DNA of 64,000 bases, taken from assembly GCA_964188305.1 (NCBI GenBank), contig OZ076890.1. One strand, given 5' to 3'. Origin of the DNA: Podarcis bocagei. Its lineage: Eukaryota. The notes beneath the pieces are model-generated. The model was not told the DNA's origin. It saw nothing but the letters and a program-made list of their open reading frames with translations, and ran no database searches. The translations under genes and the position numbers were made by a program. Position 1 is the stretch's first letter; every line of letters starts with the position of its first letter. This document shows positions 61,796 through 64,000 of the stretch, one piece after another.

Positions 61796-63365
61796 CTAAG
61801 ATATAGATTGCAAAATTCAGGATAGTGTTTAATTATTCTGGGCTTTAGGCTTTCTGTAGATGAATTCAAATTGCAACTCATTCCTTCTCCTGTCTCCTCC
61901 TCCTTTTTGGTCCCCAGATTCATTCCCAAGGGCTCAGCTGCGTTGAAGGCTGGCATAGAGGTTGCACCAAATCAACGGATTGCTGAGCGAGCAACTGAGC
62001 AAGGATTGCTCAATAGCATTTGACGACAGGTTCTTCTTTTCCCTTCTTCACATTAAAGGGAAATCTTGGGGATTCCACACATGCTGGTTGTGGAGGGGGA
62101 ATATCTGACCCTATAAATAAGGGGCAGCTAATCAATACTTTGGGTGCCCCATCTGGCCCCCAACCAATTTTTTTCCTGCCCCCTGAACCCACTGATTTTG
62201 GCCACTGCAACAAAAAGAGGGGGAGATGAGGTAGATATGTGTGTGGAGCACAGCACCCTGATGGGATGCAAACTGTCCCCTTCCTGGTCATCAGATTGTT
62301 TGGTTGATAAGGAGGAGGGCTGTGGGGTGAGCACGCCCACTGCTTGTATGAAGCCCCATATGGACTGGCCGTGGGTGACTGTGGCCCTTGTACCACAGAC
62401 TGTTAGCCACCATGCTCTAAATGATGGAGGAGTTTGCCATGGTTTGCATCTGGTGGAGAGGGCAGAGCAAGGCAGAGGGAGGAACATATTGCTATCAACC
62501 TTCAAGTCTTCTCTAGAACTGTTTCCACAGACACTCGCAGGCAAAGGCCTGCAGATTCAGGTGAAGCCCAGGGTCCCCCCCTCAGGCCACAACACACGCA
62601 AGTTCTCGGTCACTTTACACGTGTGTGCATCAAGATCATATGCACTCATATGTCATGTATTTACTTGCAGGAATGCATGGACTCAACCTGACTAATGTAT
62701 ACACAACATTATTCACACTGTCGTTCATAGCCATTCCCACCCATGCATTTATGTGCCATGTACAGCACTGCATCAGTGCAGATGGCTCTATGGTAAGCAA
62801 GTTACTGAAATTACATGGGAGTAACAGTCTTGGTTCTTCTCCCCAAACCCATCCTCCCCTTCTCACATTTTACTTGCCAGTAGCTTTGTGCAATGATGGT
62901 AAGATATATCTAGCAACAACAGCAAGGCCTGGCAGCTTTGAGTCCCTTTGCAAGGAGGCCAGTAACATTTACTTACTTTGCTTTCCAACGTTTATACACT
63001 TCTTTTCAAAAAAATTATTTACAAATCTCTTAATGCACAATGTAACATGATACATCCTTCAACTGGGGAAATAATCTGAATGACCTGACTGCTCAAACCC
63101 CAGCCTGTTTTTCCAAGAGCAAAACACAACTGTAACAAAAGATTCCAAGCAAGGCCTCTCAAATACAGTGATTTACAAACAGAGAATATCCCTATAAATA
63201 CCAGTGGAAGGCCAAAGCAGCATGTCACTGATGTTCAGTTGTGGATTTTTCAACAGAAGGGCGGGGGGAGATATTCCAGAATAAACACCTGAGGTTGAAG
63301 ATGAAAATACGTTCTGCATACCCCATTTGTTTAAAAAGAAGACGACTTGTTAAACAGATATTTAC

Positions 63366-63432
63366 CATGTTGCACTACAGGTTCCTTTATGGGCTCCCCA
63401 GCCACCAAGACAAAATGGCTCATTTCAGGATC
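63366..63432 (-). CDS. PIR: Pirin penultimate exon (gene continues beyond the window)
   Basis: DPEMSHFVLVAGEPIKEPVVQH|gtaaa. 67 nt. The phase fits the last exon. Confidence 0.92.
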
Positions 63433-64000
63433 CTAAAAGGATGAGCAGAAAGCATCCATCAGCAGCATATAAATTACATTTTGAGATTTTGAGATTAGAT
63501 ACCCAAAGCAGGAGCAAATTACAATACAGTAGATCACAAGTGTTTTGCCTCAGCATACCTTCCAAGTGTCCCGACTTTCCAGGGACAGTCCCAGAATTAT
63601 GAAAGCCTTTCAGGTTTCTGATTTGACCCTGGAGCGTCGCTGTTTCCCCCACCGCTGCCAAGCTCAGGGAGAAGGATGAGCCAGCGCTTGTCCCAAGCGA
63701 TGACCCATGGCCTCTCCATGTGGGCTGAACAAATGGTTAGTGGGAAGGCGAATAAACACCAAGCAAATCAGGGTGGATGCAGTATAACTGCCCCACAAAA
63801 AACCAGAATCAATTCTCAATAAAGACCAGGTACAATCTAACCTCTTGGTAAGTTTTCTGCGTGAAACCCAAATAAGCAGGTCATCTGGAAAGGGCCCTGT
63901 GCCTAAAGTGGGATTTGGATCCTATCTAAATACAGTATTATGGACTACATGCAAGTTGTTATTAAATATATGGTGAATTTGAACATGTAAACAAAGGGGG

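Noticed and set aside
62010-63050. Overlapping 128-183 aa ORFs in the last PIR intron
   Set aside because: No recognisable domains and no consistent splice signals.

Overview
Vertebrate genomic DNA, most likely from a squamate (lizard), inferred from Sauria-SINE-like repeats and other repeat families. The assembly has two short N-gaps (12273-12412, 16411-16539). The window is the orthologue of the human Xp22 block ASB9-ASB11-(PIGA)-VEGFD-PIR, with all genes on the minus strand. I reconstructed the exons by hand: ASB9 (7 coding exons, 294 aa), ASB11 (two alternative first exons, 322/293 aa), VEGFD (7 exons) and the last two exons of PIR. A complete Ty1/Copia LTR retrotransposon occupies 3634-9147, with 586-bp LTRs that look identical by eye, a 5-bp TSD and a single intact gag-pol ORF. 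Four observations stand out. (1) The Copia PBS deviates from the half-tRNAiMet type and is complementary to its own predicted transcript 5' end, which suggests possible self-priming. (2) PIGA is missing from its usual position between ASB11 and VEGFD. (3) VEGFD exon 6 lacks its splice acceptor and first 29 nt. (4) A Penelope-like 90-bp perfect inverted repeat carrying a minimal hammerhead ribozyme lies in VEGFD intron 1. All alignments to human proteins are from memory, not from database searches.
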